Assembly (NCBI GenBank): GCA_043228905.1
Contig: JBHGNT010000009.1
Location: 14,756,001 to 14,820,000, forward strand
Reading direction: 5' to 3'
DNA: 64,000 nt
Source of the DNA: Azolla caroliniana
Taxonomy: Eukaryota > Plantae > Polypodiophyta
The translations under genes and the position numbers were made by a program. Shown one piece after another: positions 1 to 11,960 of the stretch. Within the stretch, counting starts at the first letter, position 1; each line of letters begins with the position of its first letter. The notes beneath the pieces are model-generated. The model had not been told where the DNA came from and did no database searches. It saw only the letters and a program-made list of their open reading frames with translations.

Positions 1-1509
1 GATACGGAATAACTCTGCGTCCGGGAATTCATCCGATACTCCGTCGCCTGATTCTCCGGACTCTAACCGGCTCAGGTAGTCTGCTACGGCATGCTGGATA
101 CCGGGCCGGTGGAAGATCTCGAATTCGAACTCCTGCAACAGCAAGGTCCAACGGGCCAACTTACCGGTCAGGGACGCCTTGGACACTAAGTACAGGAGCG
201 CCGAGTGATCCACATGAAAGGAGAACTTCCTTCCCAATAGGTAATGACGAAACTTTGTTACACTGTAGATCATGCCAAGGGCCTCCCGTTCCGTCGTCGA
301 ATAGTTCTTCTCCGCTTGGGACAGCTTCCGGCTGGCGTAATATACCGGCCGGTACCATTTGGGCTCCGTAAGTTGCATTAAGGCGCTGCCGATAGCGATG
401 TCGGAAGCGTCAACGAACACATGAAATTCCTTGCTCCAATCCGGAGGCTGCACGACGGGTGCTTGCGACAAAAGTACCTTCAGGGCATTGTATGCCTTAT
501 CCTCCGTATCCGTCCATTGGAACGGTGTCCGATGTACCGCGGTGTGTAATGGTGTAGCCAAGTCAGCCAAGTGACGGAGCATCCGGCTGTGCCACCGGAT
601 CTGTCCTAAGAATCGGCTTAGTGCTTTGGCCGTTTTCGGCGCCGGTGCCCCTAGTATCGCGTTTACTTTGTCCGGGTCGACCGCAATGCCCTCCTTACTT
701 ACAATGTGTCCCAGTAAGATTCCACTTGAAATCCCAAAGATGCATTTTGCTGGGTTTAAGCTTAGCCGGTATAACCTACACTTTTCAAGGCATAACCGTA
801 GGTGCTGCAAATGGTCTTTTTCCCGGCTATAGACTGCAAAGTCATCCAGGAAAACTTGCATGAAGGCTGGAATGTATTCGCCGAAGATCTCCATGATGAT
901 TCGCTGGAAAGTTGCTGGTGCCGTTTTTAGTCCGAACATCATTACTACGGCCACAAACACCCCCCATTCGGTGACGAACGCTGTCTTCTCCTGGTCGTCA
1001 GGGTGCATCCGGATTTGATTGTATCCGCTGAACCCGTCTAAAAAGCTATAAACTTCATGGCCAGCGATGGCATCCAGTACTCCATCCGTGAACGGAAGAG
1101 GGAATGCATCCGTAATTGTGGCTGCATTTAGTTTCCTGTAATCTACACACACACGGATTTTACCGTTCTTCTTTGGGACGACGACGATGGGGCTCAGCCA
1201 CGTCGCTTTCTTTACCGGCCGGATGAAGCCCACTCTTAGGAGTTTGTCGATTTCCTCCTTCACTTTGGCGGCGTAGTTGGGGTTCATTCGGTAATGTCTT
1301 TGCGCCACTGGTTTCGCGTCCTTGCCTAAGTGGATCTGATGCTGATATAATTGAGGGTCCAGCCCTCGCATGTCTTCGTATGACCAGGCGAATACGTCGC
1401 GAAACTCCGTGAGAAGTTTGATCATCGCCGCTTTATCTTCCGGCTTCATTTCTTTGGCGATGTGTACCGGCTTTGATTCGTCCTTGCTTCCTAGGTTCAC
1501 TTCGTCGAG
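1..1509 (-). pseudogene. pol: Reverse transcriptase and RNase H of element A, in frame after a single TAG at 1510-1512
   Basis: Manual translation: RVCVDYRKLN, FLDGFSGYNQI, MQVFLDDFAVY (RT); VFVDASDIAIG, NYSTTEREALG, HVDHSAL, AVADYLSR (RNase H). Frame stays open to the window edge. Confidence 0.88.
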
Positions 1510-4395
1510 CTAGGATGTTTTTACCCGTTGGGAAACGGCCATTTTCCGTTCCAACGCTTCCTGTGCTTGCCGTAATTCCCGAATCGAATCTTTGTCTGGT
1601 TCGGCTTCGGTTTCGTCCCGCTGCGGCAAGTATGGCGCTACGGCTTCAGCTACGTCAATCTCGAAGAGTGGTACGATCTTCGGGTGTTCCTCCAAGTACT
1701 GGGCTTCTTCGTCGTCTGCCAACCCTTCAAGCATGTTCACGCATTCCGCATACAGTGGTGTGCATTCCATACCGTTGCTCGTCCGTGGTTGTGTCGGTAC
1801 CCGGACCTTGGCTTTTCCGCGCCGGAAGGTAATCATATTTTTCCGCCAATTTTGCTTGATGTGTGCTGTTTTCAACCATGGTCTACCCAGCAACAGTGGG
1901 TACGCGCCTTGCGCCTGTAGCTGCAGCACTACAGGCGAGATGTGAAATGTGTGACCTCCTATGGTGACCTTCAATTTCCGTATTAAGCCCGTCGGCCGTA
2001 CAGAGCTCGTATCCGCCATCCGTAGCCAGAACGGACATGGCTCCCATTCATGTATACCCAAGGCATCACACGTTCGGAGGCTTATTACGTTCACCCTAGA
2101 ACCTCCATCGATTACTGTGCCGGGAAGTTCGTGCCCTTTGACAATAGCTGTAATCACCGGACTACTAGTGTCCACCACCGTCGGTCCCTCCTCCGGATTC
2201 GAGAAGAGGACTGGTGCCGGTGGGGCTATACCGTCTGTCATGACCGTTTTTAGTCCTTCCGTAAATCGCGGCACGAGCTGCAAGAGTCTTCCTAATGGCA
2301 ACATGATCTGACATTCTTGTAGTGCTTGCCATGTCTCGTTTTCTGCGTGGCTACCGCCGACACTCCCTATGGTATTCGCCTTTTGCCGTTCCGCGTCCGC
2401 GACGTTCCTTTCATTGGCTTCCTTCACCCATTTCGTCGCCTGTTTTCGTATGGCCTCTTGTGTTTCCCACTCTTTGGCCATGCCTTTCGACCGTGTGGTT
2501 ACTTGTTGTACATCCGCCACTTCCGGAACCACCATATTAACTGCTGGTCGTTTATCGTAGCTCTTTGCCGGGCACTGGTTACTGTAGTGGCCTTCCTGCC
2601 TGCAGTAGTAGCAGTACTCTTTACGGGTATTGCTGGATTTAGCATTGCTGGTAGCCGGAGTCGGTCCCGTAGTGAGTGGTGCGTTCTGTGCCGGTTGGCT
2701 CCTTGGGGTTCCATGTTCCGGGTCCCTAGTGTGACCACCTTTCTTGAAATTACGTTTCTTATTATTCTTATTTTTATTTCGGTAGTCCTGTCGTGGTGGA
2801 TCATAAAATCGGCCATAGTCCTCCTGGTGCCTTCGGTAACCAGGGGAATGGTCTCTGTCGTATTGCTCGTGTCGTCTGTTGGACTCCCGATAACGGTCCG
2901 ATCGCTCATACCGGTCGTAGTTATCATGCCGATCCCCGTACCGGCCATCATTCTCTTGTTTGTCTCCGTACCGGACATCCTGTGCCGGTCGGTACCGGTT
3001 CATTCTTTGCCAACGATCTTCATCTTCGTCTCGGCTGCTTCTTGGGTCGATCCGTCGGACGGGTGGTGCTTGTCGGTTTAACAGGTTATACTCGCACCGG
3101 TCCGTTGTATGACTCTTGGATTGACAAATCACACACTGGGTTCGCATGGTGCACTCCACTGCCGAGTGTCCGGCATTCAAGCAGATTGTGCATTGAATTG
3201 CTTGCCGGAACCGGAGATCTTCATCGGTGGGTAACGCCCGTTGCAGTGCTCCCAGTGTAAGCCATGAGCTTGACTTTTCCATTTCTCTGACCCGGTCAAT
3301 GACCTGGTCAATGGTGCTTCCTCGAAAGTCGATCACCGTACACACCGTGCGTAACGGTTCCCGGAGTGCGTTTAAAAATATCGTCCGTAATTCCTCCTCC
3401 GGGGGTGCACGGGCAAGCTGGCTATGCATTCGTTGGAAACGGATGACGAATTGGGGAATGCTTTCCCCTGCCTCCTGTCGGATCGTATAAAACAGGCCCA
3501 CCATTGTCGTCTGGTCGACCTCCTTGTGGAAAAAATGCAAGAATTTTGCTTTTAATTCTGCAAAGGTTGTGATGGTCGCCGGGTCCTGCGTTCGCCGCCA
3601 TCGTGCCGCTGGTCCTTCCAACGTGACCCCGAATTCCGCTATCTTCGAGCGTTCTTCTTCCTCCGGTGTCAGTCGCTGGGACGCGTGATTTGCTTCCCAT
3701 GTCTGCTCGAAGGCATGAACATGCGCTTCCGCGTCCGGATCATCGCGATACTTTGAGTATTGGAACGGCATGTCGTCATCCAGTATTAGGCCGCGGTTTA
3801 GTGGCGTTTGTTGATATCTTTCCAGTTTTCTCTCTGGTTCCACTTCCGGTTCTTTTGTCGGTGCTTTTTCCGGTTCCTTCACCGGCTCTTCTTCCGGTAC
3901 CTTCGCCGGCTCTTGCGTTGGTGTCGGTGGCTTTGCTTCTTCCACTTCCGGTGTTGGTGGGTTGACGGCTTCCGTTTGCGGTTCCAGATAGCCCTGGTCG
4001 AACGGTTCCGGTTCTGGAGTCGGCACGGTATCCGACCCGTCGTCCTCCGGGCCGCCGGGGGTATCGTTGCTGCTCCGGTAGTTCGTGTGCACGCTGTATC
4101 CCCCTTCGGAATCCGATTCGTAGGCTGAAAAGGCTTCTGCCTCGTTTTCTCCGCTTGCCAGCGCCTCGAGGAGGCGTTCGGTTTCCCGGAGACTACTTAG
4201 ACCGCTTCCGTCGTCCTGGTCGCGAGTTTGCTGTAACCGAAGAGATTCCTCCGCGACTCTCCGGATCTCGTTGGAGAACGAACGATCCGAGCGAATTTCG
4301 TGCGCTGCTTGCTGGAAAGTCTCACGCCGTCTTTGCCGTTCGGCGAGGCGTCGAGCTCGGTCTGTAACCAGGTGTGCGTTGGTCTCGTCATCCAT
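1510..4395 (-). CDS. gag: Gag plus aspartic protease portion of element A polyprotein
   Basis: 961-aa ORF with CCHC knuckles (CTICLNAGHSAVEC, CVICQSKSHTTDRC, CYYCRQEGHYSNQC) and protease motifs VIDGGS and LLLGRPWL. Confidence 0.9.
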   Translation of the reverse strand: MDDETNAHLVTDRARRLAERQRRRETFQQAAHEIRSDRSFSNEIRRVAEESLRLQQTRDQDDGSGLSSLRETERLLEALASGENEAEAFSAYESDSEGGYSVHTNYRSSNDTPGGPEDDGSDTVPTPEPEPFDQGYLEPQTEAVNPPTPEVEEAKPPTPTQEPAKVPEEEPVKEPEKAPTKEPEVEPERKLERYQQTPLNRGLILDDDMPFQYSKYRDDPDAEAHVHAFEQTWEANHASQRLTPEEEERSKIAEFGVTLEGPAARWRRTQDPATITTFAELKAKFLHFFHKEVDQTTMVGLFYTIRQEAGESIPQFVIRFQRMHSQLARAPPEEELRTIFLNALREPLRTVCTVIDFRGSTIDQVIDRVREMEKSSSWLTLGALQRALPTDEDLRFRQAIQCTICLNAGHSAVECTMRTQCVICQSKSHTTDRCEYNLLNRQAPPVRRIDPRSSRDEDEDRWQRMNRYRPAQDVRYGDKQENDGRYGDRHDNYDRYERSDRYRESNRRHEQYDRDHSPGYRRHQEDYGRFYDPPRQDYRNKNKNNKKRNFKKGGHTRDPEHGTPRSQPAQNAPLTTGPTPATSNAKSSNTRKEYCYYCRQEGHYSNQCPAKSYDKRPAVNMVVPEVADVQQVTTRSKGMAKEWETQEAIRKQATKWVKEANERNVADAERQKANTIGSVGGSHAENETWQALQECQIMLPLGRLLQLVPRFTEGLKTVMTDGIAPPAPVLFSNPEEGPTVVDTSSPVITAIVKGHELPGTVIDGGSRVNVISLRTCDALGIHEWEPCPFWLRMADTSSVRPTGLIRKLKVTIGGHTFHISPVVLQLQAQGAYPLLLGRPWLKTAHIKQNWRKNMITFRRGKAKVRVPTQPRTSNGMECTPLYAECVNMLEGLADDEEAQYLEEHPKIVPLFEIDVAEAVAPYLPQRDETEAEPDKDSIRELRQAQEALERKMAVSQRVKTS

Positions 4396-4428
4396 TAAGC
4401 CGTCGTTCGCTGCGAGAAAGCAGGAATC

Positions 4429-4438
4429 GTGGTCGCCA
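4429..4438 (-). promoter_or_regulatory. Primer-binding site matching the 3' end of plant tRNA-Arg(UCG)
   Basis: Plus strand GTGGTCGCCA next to the LTR. The tRNA 3' end (...GTGGTCG-CCA) is from memory. Confidence 0.7.
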
Positions 4439-5452
4439 AAACTGTGTTGTTCTCTGACCGGACAAGGCCTAACACAAGGTGTCGCGGAGACACTTCACCA
4501 AAGGGTGATTACGGCATAGGATTATGACTCAACGATTACACCGACTTACGTAGGTTACACGATTAGAGCGCTTTTGTTAATTACACGCGTAAGATATAAC
4601 AGTAATTACAGAACGGAAATCAACACAGAAGTATAAACACCATACGCTCTATTAATTATCCGCTGCGATTACAATGGGGTCCGGGCCTTTAAATAGGTTT
4701 CCGGCCCGTAGTACAAAACGGTGCCTATCGCACCTATTCGGGATCCGTCCGGATCTGGAACGGCATACCGTTTCCAGTCCGTCCGTCCATACTATGCTTA
4801 TTTACAACCATACTTAATTAATTCCTTCACTCCGTATTTTGGACTCCTTGCCGGCCGGTAACACAAGAAGCAAGAGTATATGATATAAACATGATGTATG
4901 TTAAAAATATAATATTTTACAATCCTTGATCGCAAACTAAACACATTCTCTATCGACCCTTGATTTGAACCCACGACCTCAACTTCGAAACGAGAGGTTC
5001 TCCACCCAATGAGCTAGTCTTCTTTAATTGATTGTATTATTTTCTCACTTTCTCTTGATTGATCCATTACCCTGTTTTCCCTTGATTCATCCCTTAATTC
5101 CTTGCCTCTCTTTATAGGTTCTCTCATGCATATGATGATATGGGGGTGCATGGCATGCATGTGATGCATGATCGCCATTTGGCGCACATGCTTTACATGT
5201 GATGCATGATAGCCATCATGCTCATCTAAGCTCTAATGTATGAAGATACACATGTCATAAGTATGGTGATAAAAACATAACTATAGAAAATAACTTATCT
5301 TAATGGTATATGCTTCATCCTTGGTGTGTGAGGTTACGGGTTCAAGTCTCTCAAATGTTACTTAATACAATATTCAGGTTTATTTTTATATCGTGAAGCA
5401 AATCCTTCACGACACCCACCCCCTCTGAACTTGCACACTAGTTGTGCAAAGT

Positions 5453-7615
5453 TCATCCAAAGTCTTGGAAAAACTCTTCATTCCGTTTCTGAACTGGATG
5501 TCCCCTCAAGCATTCTTTGTTTCTTTCATGGTTAGGCGTCATGGTTAAGATATGGCCCCTCTTCCTTCCATCCTGACTCTTGATCCTGGCGAAAGTTGAA
5601 TCATCATTAATCACAGTTGTTTCCATCCTTACTACGTTGATGTATGGTTCACCATCCTTTGTTTCCATACTCACTACGCTGATGTATGGTTGACCAAGGA
5701 TGACAGGGTAGGTTGATCCATCTTGCACATAGTAATTTTCATCCACCGACACATCTCCCATTGTTGCTTCTTTCACACTGGGACATGCTCCGAATAGATC
5801 CTCCGTCATCTCTGTTGTAACTCTTTTCTTCGACCCATGATTCTTATCGATTGGCCACCTTCCTTGAGCACAACATTCCGACGACATCATGTTAATTTCT
5901 GATCCATGATCTATCAAAGCAATACACGGAATTTGCTGCTCCCCAATTTTTGCAGGTGCCTCCGTTGTTGCTCGAGCCCAATGGTCCCTTGTATAGTGAC
6001 TCCTATCCCCTTCATGGACGCCAACATCATTCTGGTTTTTTACACTTGCAGCATTGATGGTGCCACCATACAAATCTTGGAGTGTTGCTGCACACCCTCC
6101 CGTAATTTCCTCCGTCACCTGTCTCTTCCTTCTAATAATATCTATGATAACTTCATGAAATTCTTTCTTTGCTATACCCAACACTTCTCTTAAAGTAAAT
6201 TCTACCTTACTATTTAATATTCTTGTTTCTAGTACCTTTTTTATATCCGTTGTTGTTTCTATGTCTGAGGCAAGCTTGAAAGATGGGCCTGTCTTTCCTT
6301 TTACTTTATCAGCTTTCTTCGGCTCAATAGCACCCTTTTCCATCTCCCTTCTCTTTTGTTCTCGTGTCTCATGTCTCTTTGTCGGATCAGCTTCCTCAGC
6401 TCTCTTCCGCTTCTCTTCCACTAGCACATCTTGTGCATTCACTTGGGCGAATGCTGATAGCGCGTCTACTGGATCATTCCATCCAATGAAGTTTCGTATT
6501 TCATCTCCCGCTCTTTTTAATTCATCCACTCGAACCTTCCCTTTTCTTGCATAATCCATCACATCTTGCCAAAAGCCAGATCCACCATATGAGTCTTCTA
6601 CGCGCAATCCTAAGGTTGTCACGGATTGTATCGCTTGAGTCGTTTCTCTCTCGACATCTTCCATTAGCTTTTTCATTCCTCCTCGCCCGAAGTTGAGTTG
6701 AAGTGGTTGTCGAGTCTCAATTGAGTGAATCTTGCCATCTTGATAGTAGATTTTATTATGATTAAGAGAATCCCTATGTTCTTGACAGTCTTTCTTTTGG
6801 TGGTCGACACTATCACACCACATACACCTTCGGACCATTCCACCTCCCTGCCTTGATGAAGTTGAGCTTTGTCCCGATTCTAGCTTCGTCACTTTGATTG
6901 ACAAGTCTTTCATGCCTTTCACCAATTCGTGTAAGAGTGATTCTTCTACTTTCTTTTCTCCCGACTCGTTCCCCGTTTCTTCATCATTTTTGTCGGGCAA
7001 CTCCATAAACCATAACTTTCTTTTGCAGAAATGGGTGCACGCCCTTTTAACCTCCTCCCAGTCTTCGATAAGTTCACTTGGACTATTCTGATCTTCTAAA
7101 AGCATTCCCAAGTCCTTCATGTCTTTAATATTAGTAGCTTGTAGAAACAATATTACTTTATTTGGCACTATTATATTTCTATCTCTAACATTTAGTTGCT
7201 CAAATCTTTCCGAAAACTCTTTTAATACTTCCAAAACACTTAAATGTTTATTAGACTCTACCCAATCCATGAAAGTTTGCCTTGTCATCCTTGACATATC
7301 GTTGAGGTTGTATTCATTTAGCAATGCTCTTTCAAAAGTCGCCCATGTTTGATGTTCCCTCTGTAGCTCCTGGATCCTTTCTTGTAGCCCAATCGCAGCG
7401 ACTCGACTAAAGCTATTAATTTTTGCAGCTTCGTCGACAATGCGTTTAAGCATTTCTTCATTATAAATCTTCAAAAATCTTGTTAAATTTATACCTTCGA
7501 AGATTCCTACTCGTGCGAGAATATTGTCGACGGCTTTGTCGATGCTTGCCATCATCCCTTGTTCCCGCATCACTCGTTCCATCATCGTACACATAAGCCT
7601 CATTTGCTCCTCCAT
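5453..7615 (-). CDS. gag: Gag-protease polyprotein (720 aa) of element B
   Basis: Knuckle CMWCDSVDHQKKDC and protease ALIDHGSEINMMS/VILGQPY. Colinear with ORF 33029-35182. Confidence 0.88.
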   Translation of the reverse strand: MEEQMRLMCTMMERVMREQGMMASIDKAVDNILARVGIFEGINLTRFLKIYNEEMLKRIVDEAAKINSFSRVAAIGLQERIQELQREHQTWATFERALLNEYNLNDMSRMTRQTFMDWVESNKHLSVLEVLKEFSERFEQLNVRDRNIIVPNKVILFLQATNIKDMKDLGMLLEDQNSPSELIEDWEEVKRACTHFCKRKLWFMELPDKNDEETGNESGEKKVEESLLHELVKGMKDLSIKVTKLESGQSSTSSRQGGGMVRRCMWCDSVDHQKKDCQEHRDSLNHNKIYYQDGKIHSIETRQPLQLNFGRGGMKKLMEDVERETTQAIQSVTTLGLRVEDSYGGSGFWQDVMDYARKGKVRVDELKRAGDEIRNFIGWNDPVDALSAFAQVNAQDVLVEEKRKRAEEADPTKRHETREQKRREMEKGAIEPKKADKVKGKTGPSFKLASDIETTTDIKKVLETRILNSKVEFTLREVLGIAKKEFHEVIIDIIRRKRQVTEEITGGCAATLQDLYGGTINAASVKNQNDVGVHEGDRSHYTRDHWARATTEAPAKIGEQQIPCIALIDHGSEINMMSSECCAQGRWPIDKNHGSKKRVTTEMTEDLFGACPSVKEATMGDVSVDENYYVQDGSTYPVILGQPYISVVSMETKDGEPYINVVRMETTVINDDSTFARIKSQDGRKRGHILTMTPNHERNKECLRGHPVQKRNEEFFQDFG

Positions 7616-7632
7616 TTCTCCTCGTCGCCGCC

Positions 7633-7650
7633 TTCACGTCGGGTTCACCA
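7633..7650 (-). promoter_or_regulatory. 18-nt PBS complementary to tRNA-Trp
   Basis: Plus strand TTCACGTCGGGTTCACCA matches the plant tRNA-Trp 3' end as recalled. The same PBS occurs at 25042, 33016, 39347 and 61281. Confidence 0.85.
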
Positions 7651-7791
7651 AATGTGTCAGGGTAGTTGTGGTTCGTGCAGCGAAGTCGCGGGGACTAAGG
7701 TTAAGGGGAGTTGAAGGAACTTAAATTTTAATAAGGCTTGTATGGTGATGATAGAATGATTAAGGATAGTAAGAAGAAGAGTTACGAGTAA

Positions 7792-7848
<57 letters not shown>

Positions 7849-10158
7849 CATAGATAAAAGATAGAGACAATGTATGAATCAAGAAAGAAGATTGAGACAA
7901 AATATGATTCTAGAAGAAGATCGAGACAAAGTATGTTTCAAGAAGCAAGAGTATATGATATAAACATGATGTATGTTAAAAATATAATATTTTACCAACT
8001 TTACAATCCTTGATCGCAAACTGAACACATTCTCTATCGACCCTTGATTTGAACCCACGACCTCAACTTCGAAACGAGAGGTTATCCACCCAATGAGCTA
8101 GTCTTCTTTACTTGATTGTATTATTTTCTCACTTTCTCTTGATTGATCCATTACCCTATTTTCCCTTGATTCATCCCTTAATTCCTTGCCTCTCTTTATA
8201 GGTTCTCTCATGCATATGATGATATGGGGGTGCATGGCATGCATGTGATGCATGATCGCCATTTGGCGCACATGCTTTACATGTGATGCATGATAGCCAT
8301 CATGCTCATCTAAGCTCTAATGTATGAAGATACACATGTCATAAGTATGCTGATAAAAACATAATTATAGAAAATAACTTATCTTAATGGTATATGCTTC
8401 ATCCTTGGTGTGTGAAGTTACGGGTTCAAGTCTCTCAAATGTTACATAATACAATATTCAAGTTTATTTTTATATCGTGAAGCAAATCCTTCACGACACC
8501 GGCGTGCCAATTCACGTCCTCAGCCACTTCTGCGTACCTCTCCGGCTCACGCATTTCCGCTACACGGGTCATGTACACATAATGATGTGCCATGTACTCG
8601 TCGTATCCGAACCGCACAACTGGGTTCTTCTGGCGGGTAGATCAGCGTAATCGGTCATTAGCCGATGTCGAGGTCTTCTCGGCCGACGCGGACTTCGCTC
8701 TTGAAGACCCGTCACCGCTTCCCTCGGAGTCTAACTCCCGTCGGTCTGACTCGTTCCTATCCGTGCCGGAATCCGACACCTTCTTCTTCCCTTTCTCTTT
8801 GCGCGTAAGCCGTCGCCTCGGCTTCCTGTGCGGGGAATGCACGACAAAGTCTCCACTACTCGTCGGCTCTTCGTCGGACTAGTCGAACCGACTCAGTCGT
8901 CCATTCGGTCCACTTAACCGAAACGAAATCGGACTCTCTTCGCGGGTCCCGATTTCAGGCTCATCTGGAGGCATCTCAACCTCGCTGACCTCATCATCAG
9001 AACTCGGATGGAGGCGAGGTCCGGAGTCGGAGGCAAGTATCAGGACGCGAACTCGTCAAACACAACGTCGCAGCTCACGCGCGCTTGTTTGGTGCGCGGG
9101 TTATAACACTTATAACCCTTCTACTTGTCCGAGTAACCGACCAAGATACATTGCTCGGCCTTTGCATCCAGCTTCCTCCGTTTCTCCTTCGGCACATGCA
9201 CATACACAATGCTACTGAAAACTCGTAAGTGTCGCAAGTTGGGCTTCCTTCCGAAATACAGCTCGTGCGTTGACACTTTGTCTCCGATCCGGTTCTGGAT
9301 GTATACCGTGGTCCTTACCGCCTCGGCCTAGTAGAACTTGGGCAAGCTCTTTTCTTCTAGCATTGCTCGTGCCACTTCCACAACCGACCTATTTTTCCTC
9401 TCGGCCACACCGTTTTGCTCCGGCGTGTATCTACAACTGAATTCACGCCGAATTCCCATATGTTGTAGATAACCGTAGAATTGACCGGAAAAGTATTCTT
9501 TTCCGCCATCCGACCGCAGGCACTTGATCTTTCTTCCTGTTTCCGTTTCCACGAACCCTTTGAGGTCCCGAAAACAGTCGAAGACTTTGCTCTTCCTCTC
9601 AATGAGGTAGATCCATGTGTGCCGCGTGTAGTCGTCGATGAAGGAGACAAAATATCGGCTCCCGCCAAGACTAACGTTTTGTGTTGGCCCCCACACATTG
9701 GAGTGTATCAAGTCGAGCTTGTTCTGGCTCCGGTTACGCTCGTTGGGGAAGGGAAGTCGGTGTTGCTTCCCAAGTTGGCAGGCTTCACAAATTTGTGCCT
9801 TCCAGCCATTAAATTTGGGCAATCCGAACACCACTTGTTTCAATTGCAGGTCTTGAAGCCGCTGGTAGTTGACGTGGCCTATCTGCTTGTGCCATAAGTC
9901 GATGTCCGACTCGACTTTTTGTCCCTTTGCGAACATTGCGGAACCACCGTCAGTAGAGTCGAGGATGAACATCCTCCCATCTCTACGCCCTTGCGCAATA
10001 ACACGGCCTTCTTCCTCAATGAAGCACCCGAGCTGTGTAAACAGAACCTGCATCCCCTGGTCGACGATCTGCCCGACCGACACCAGATTCTTCGTGATTG
10101 TTGGGACGTTTAACACGTTCATAAGTTTCCCTTTCTGGCCGACATGGCTCAAGGGACC

Positions 10159-10573
10159 TGTTGAGCGGCAAGCTCAATTGAAGCCAGATTGGCTGGATAA
10201 GCCTGAGCCAGCAAGCGAGATGGATCGGTAAGCCGATGAGCAACCGAGCCGGCAAGCAACAGAGTCGGTGAGCTGGGGAGCCGGTTAGCCGGATCCAATC
10301 GGTAATCGGAAGCCTAGTATTAGTTTAGACTACTAGGCAGTTATAGTCTTGTAGTAAGTGTTAGATGCTCGTGTGAGCATTGAAGTACGCGGCACTTCTG
10401 TCAGTCCCATGAGGACTTGTATAAATAGTGCTACTGCGCACAATTGTATACACAAAGTGTTTTTATCATTTTTGAATATAGCTTTTACGTTCTGCTGTCT
10501 CTGTCTCTCCCGTGTAGTCTGTGTATTCTCTGCTTTCTCTGTTTTCTAACGCTTCCGCAAGTAATCGTTTACA
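10159..10573 (+). mobile_element. Copia-type solo LTR (415 bp) inside element I
   Basis: TGTTGAG...TTACA termini and 5-bp flanks GGACC/GGAAC. Removing it restores the host peptide NVGEVPLSHVGQKG. Confidence 0.75.
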
Positions 10574-11892
10574 GGAACTTCACCGACATTCGTGATCGGA
10601 TGCGGAGTGTCTTCTTCGGTTGCGACTACTCCTGGTTGCGTAGGTTTCTCAAGGTATGAGAACCACTCCTCGTGGCACGTCATGTGGTTTGACGCGCCGG
10701 AGTCGATGTACCACACCTCCTCCGACTTCAAGGTGAGCTTCTTCATTGAGTTTGCTTCGTGTTTCGTCACGAAGACTAACCCTTTTCCAGCTTCTCCGGA
10801 TCCTTCGGCGTAGTGCGATCGTTGCCGATTTCCTTTGTTGGTTTGTCCGGAACCTGTTCCAGACCCGGTTCTCTCTAAATTAGTGCGCTTTTTCCAGCAC
10901 TCGCTCTCCCTATGGCCTTTCTTGCCACAGTACCAGCATTTTGCGGCAGATTTCCTTTGCCGGTTCTTGTCGCCTCGACTCCCCCTGTTTCCGGAGGGTC
11001 TGGAATTGCTGTCGACATCACTTCGGTGCCTTATTCATTGATCCCGTCGGCCGCCTCCATTGCGTACCGACTCGCCTCGTCCGCCATGACCACGGGACCT
11101 ATCTCCCTCTGTGTACAACATCTTGCTGTCGGCATGTGTGCTTGTCGACGCACCCGCATGGTTCTCCTCTATAAGGAGCATCAACTATAAGTCAAAAAAC
11201 GATGATGTATTCTCCCGTGTACACACAACAGTTCGGAACGCTCTGAACTTTGACGCCAAACCTCCGAGATAGACATGGACCATCTCGCTTTCCTCGATGT
11301 TCACATCGATGGAAGGTAAGGAGTCGCATATGTCCTTGATCTTCGAGGTATAGTCAGCCACCGACAAATCGCGTTGTTGTAGGTTGCTCAACTCCTGTCG
11401 AAGCTGAAGCTTCCTGGCTGTGGTGCTCGTGGCGAAGATCTTCTTTAGATTTTCCCACGCACCCTTCGGCGTTTTTGCATCCTAAACGTAGCTTAATAGC
11501 TGTTCGCCCACACAAGACGCAAAACAGTACAACACTCTGCTCGCCGATTGTTCCCACGCCGGGAAGTCTTTGTGTGTCGAATCGGGTGCTGTGTCATTTG
11601 CTCCATCGACATAGCTCCAATAACCGTGCCCAAGTAGGAACTGGTGCAGCTTGTACGACCAAGATGCGTAGTTGGTTCTGTCGAGCTTCTCCGTCGGAAG
11701 CGAGCTAGTCATTCCTCTGTCCATCGGTTTTCTTGTTCTTCTTTGTTGGTTTTTCCTTCAAACAAAGTCGACTGCAGAGGTTCTCAACCCTTGCGCTCTG
11801 ATACCATGAAAAGAATGGTGTGCAGAAGCAATATAGGAAACCGAACAACAGAAAACGCAGGTTTAATGGAAAGCTTAGGTTTGCACAGTACG

Positions 11893-11895
<3 letters not shown>

Positions 11896-11958
<63 letters not shown>
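11896..11958. repeat. (GA)n microsatellite in the copia LTR
   Basis: Run of about 30 GA units. Confidence 0.95.

Positions 11959-11960
<2 letters not shown>

Larger units (their letters stand above)
1..4863 (-). mobile_element. Ty3/Gypsy LTR retrotransposon A (non-chromovirus-like, tRNA-Arg primed); 3' part runs off the window; inserted into the 3' LTR of element B
   Basis: 5' LTR about 4443-4863 (minus strand starts TGTTACCGG). PBS TGGCGACCAC at 4429-4438, then gag-PR and RT-RH in one frame. Sequence from 4864 resumes the element B LTR (CAAGAAGCAAGAGTATATG, also at about 7938). Confidence 0.92.
4864..8498 (-). mobile_element. Non-autonomous gag/protease-only Gypsy element B (TR-GAG-like), tRNA-Trp primed
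   Basis: 5' LTR about 7655-8498 (TGTC...GACA) and a near-identical partial 3' LTR at 4864-5414. PBS 7633-7650, PPT AGAGGGGGTGGG at 5415-5426. One ORF and no RT/RH/INT between PBS and PPT. Confidence 0.88.

Noticed and set aside
1510-1512. Programmed readthrough between PR and RT in element A
   Set aside because: The related copy at about 56480 has a sense codon (RVQATKLEELNLG), so this is probably a point mutation, though one diverged comparison is not conclusive.
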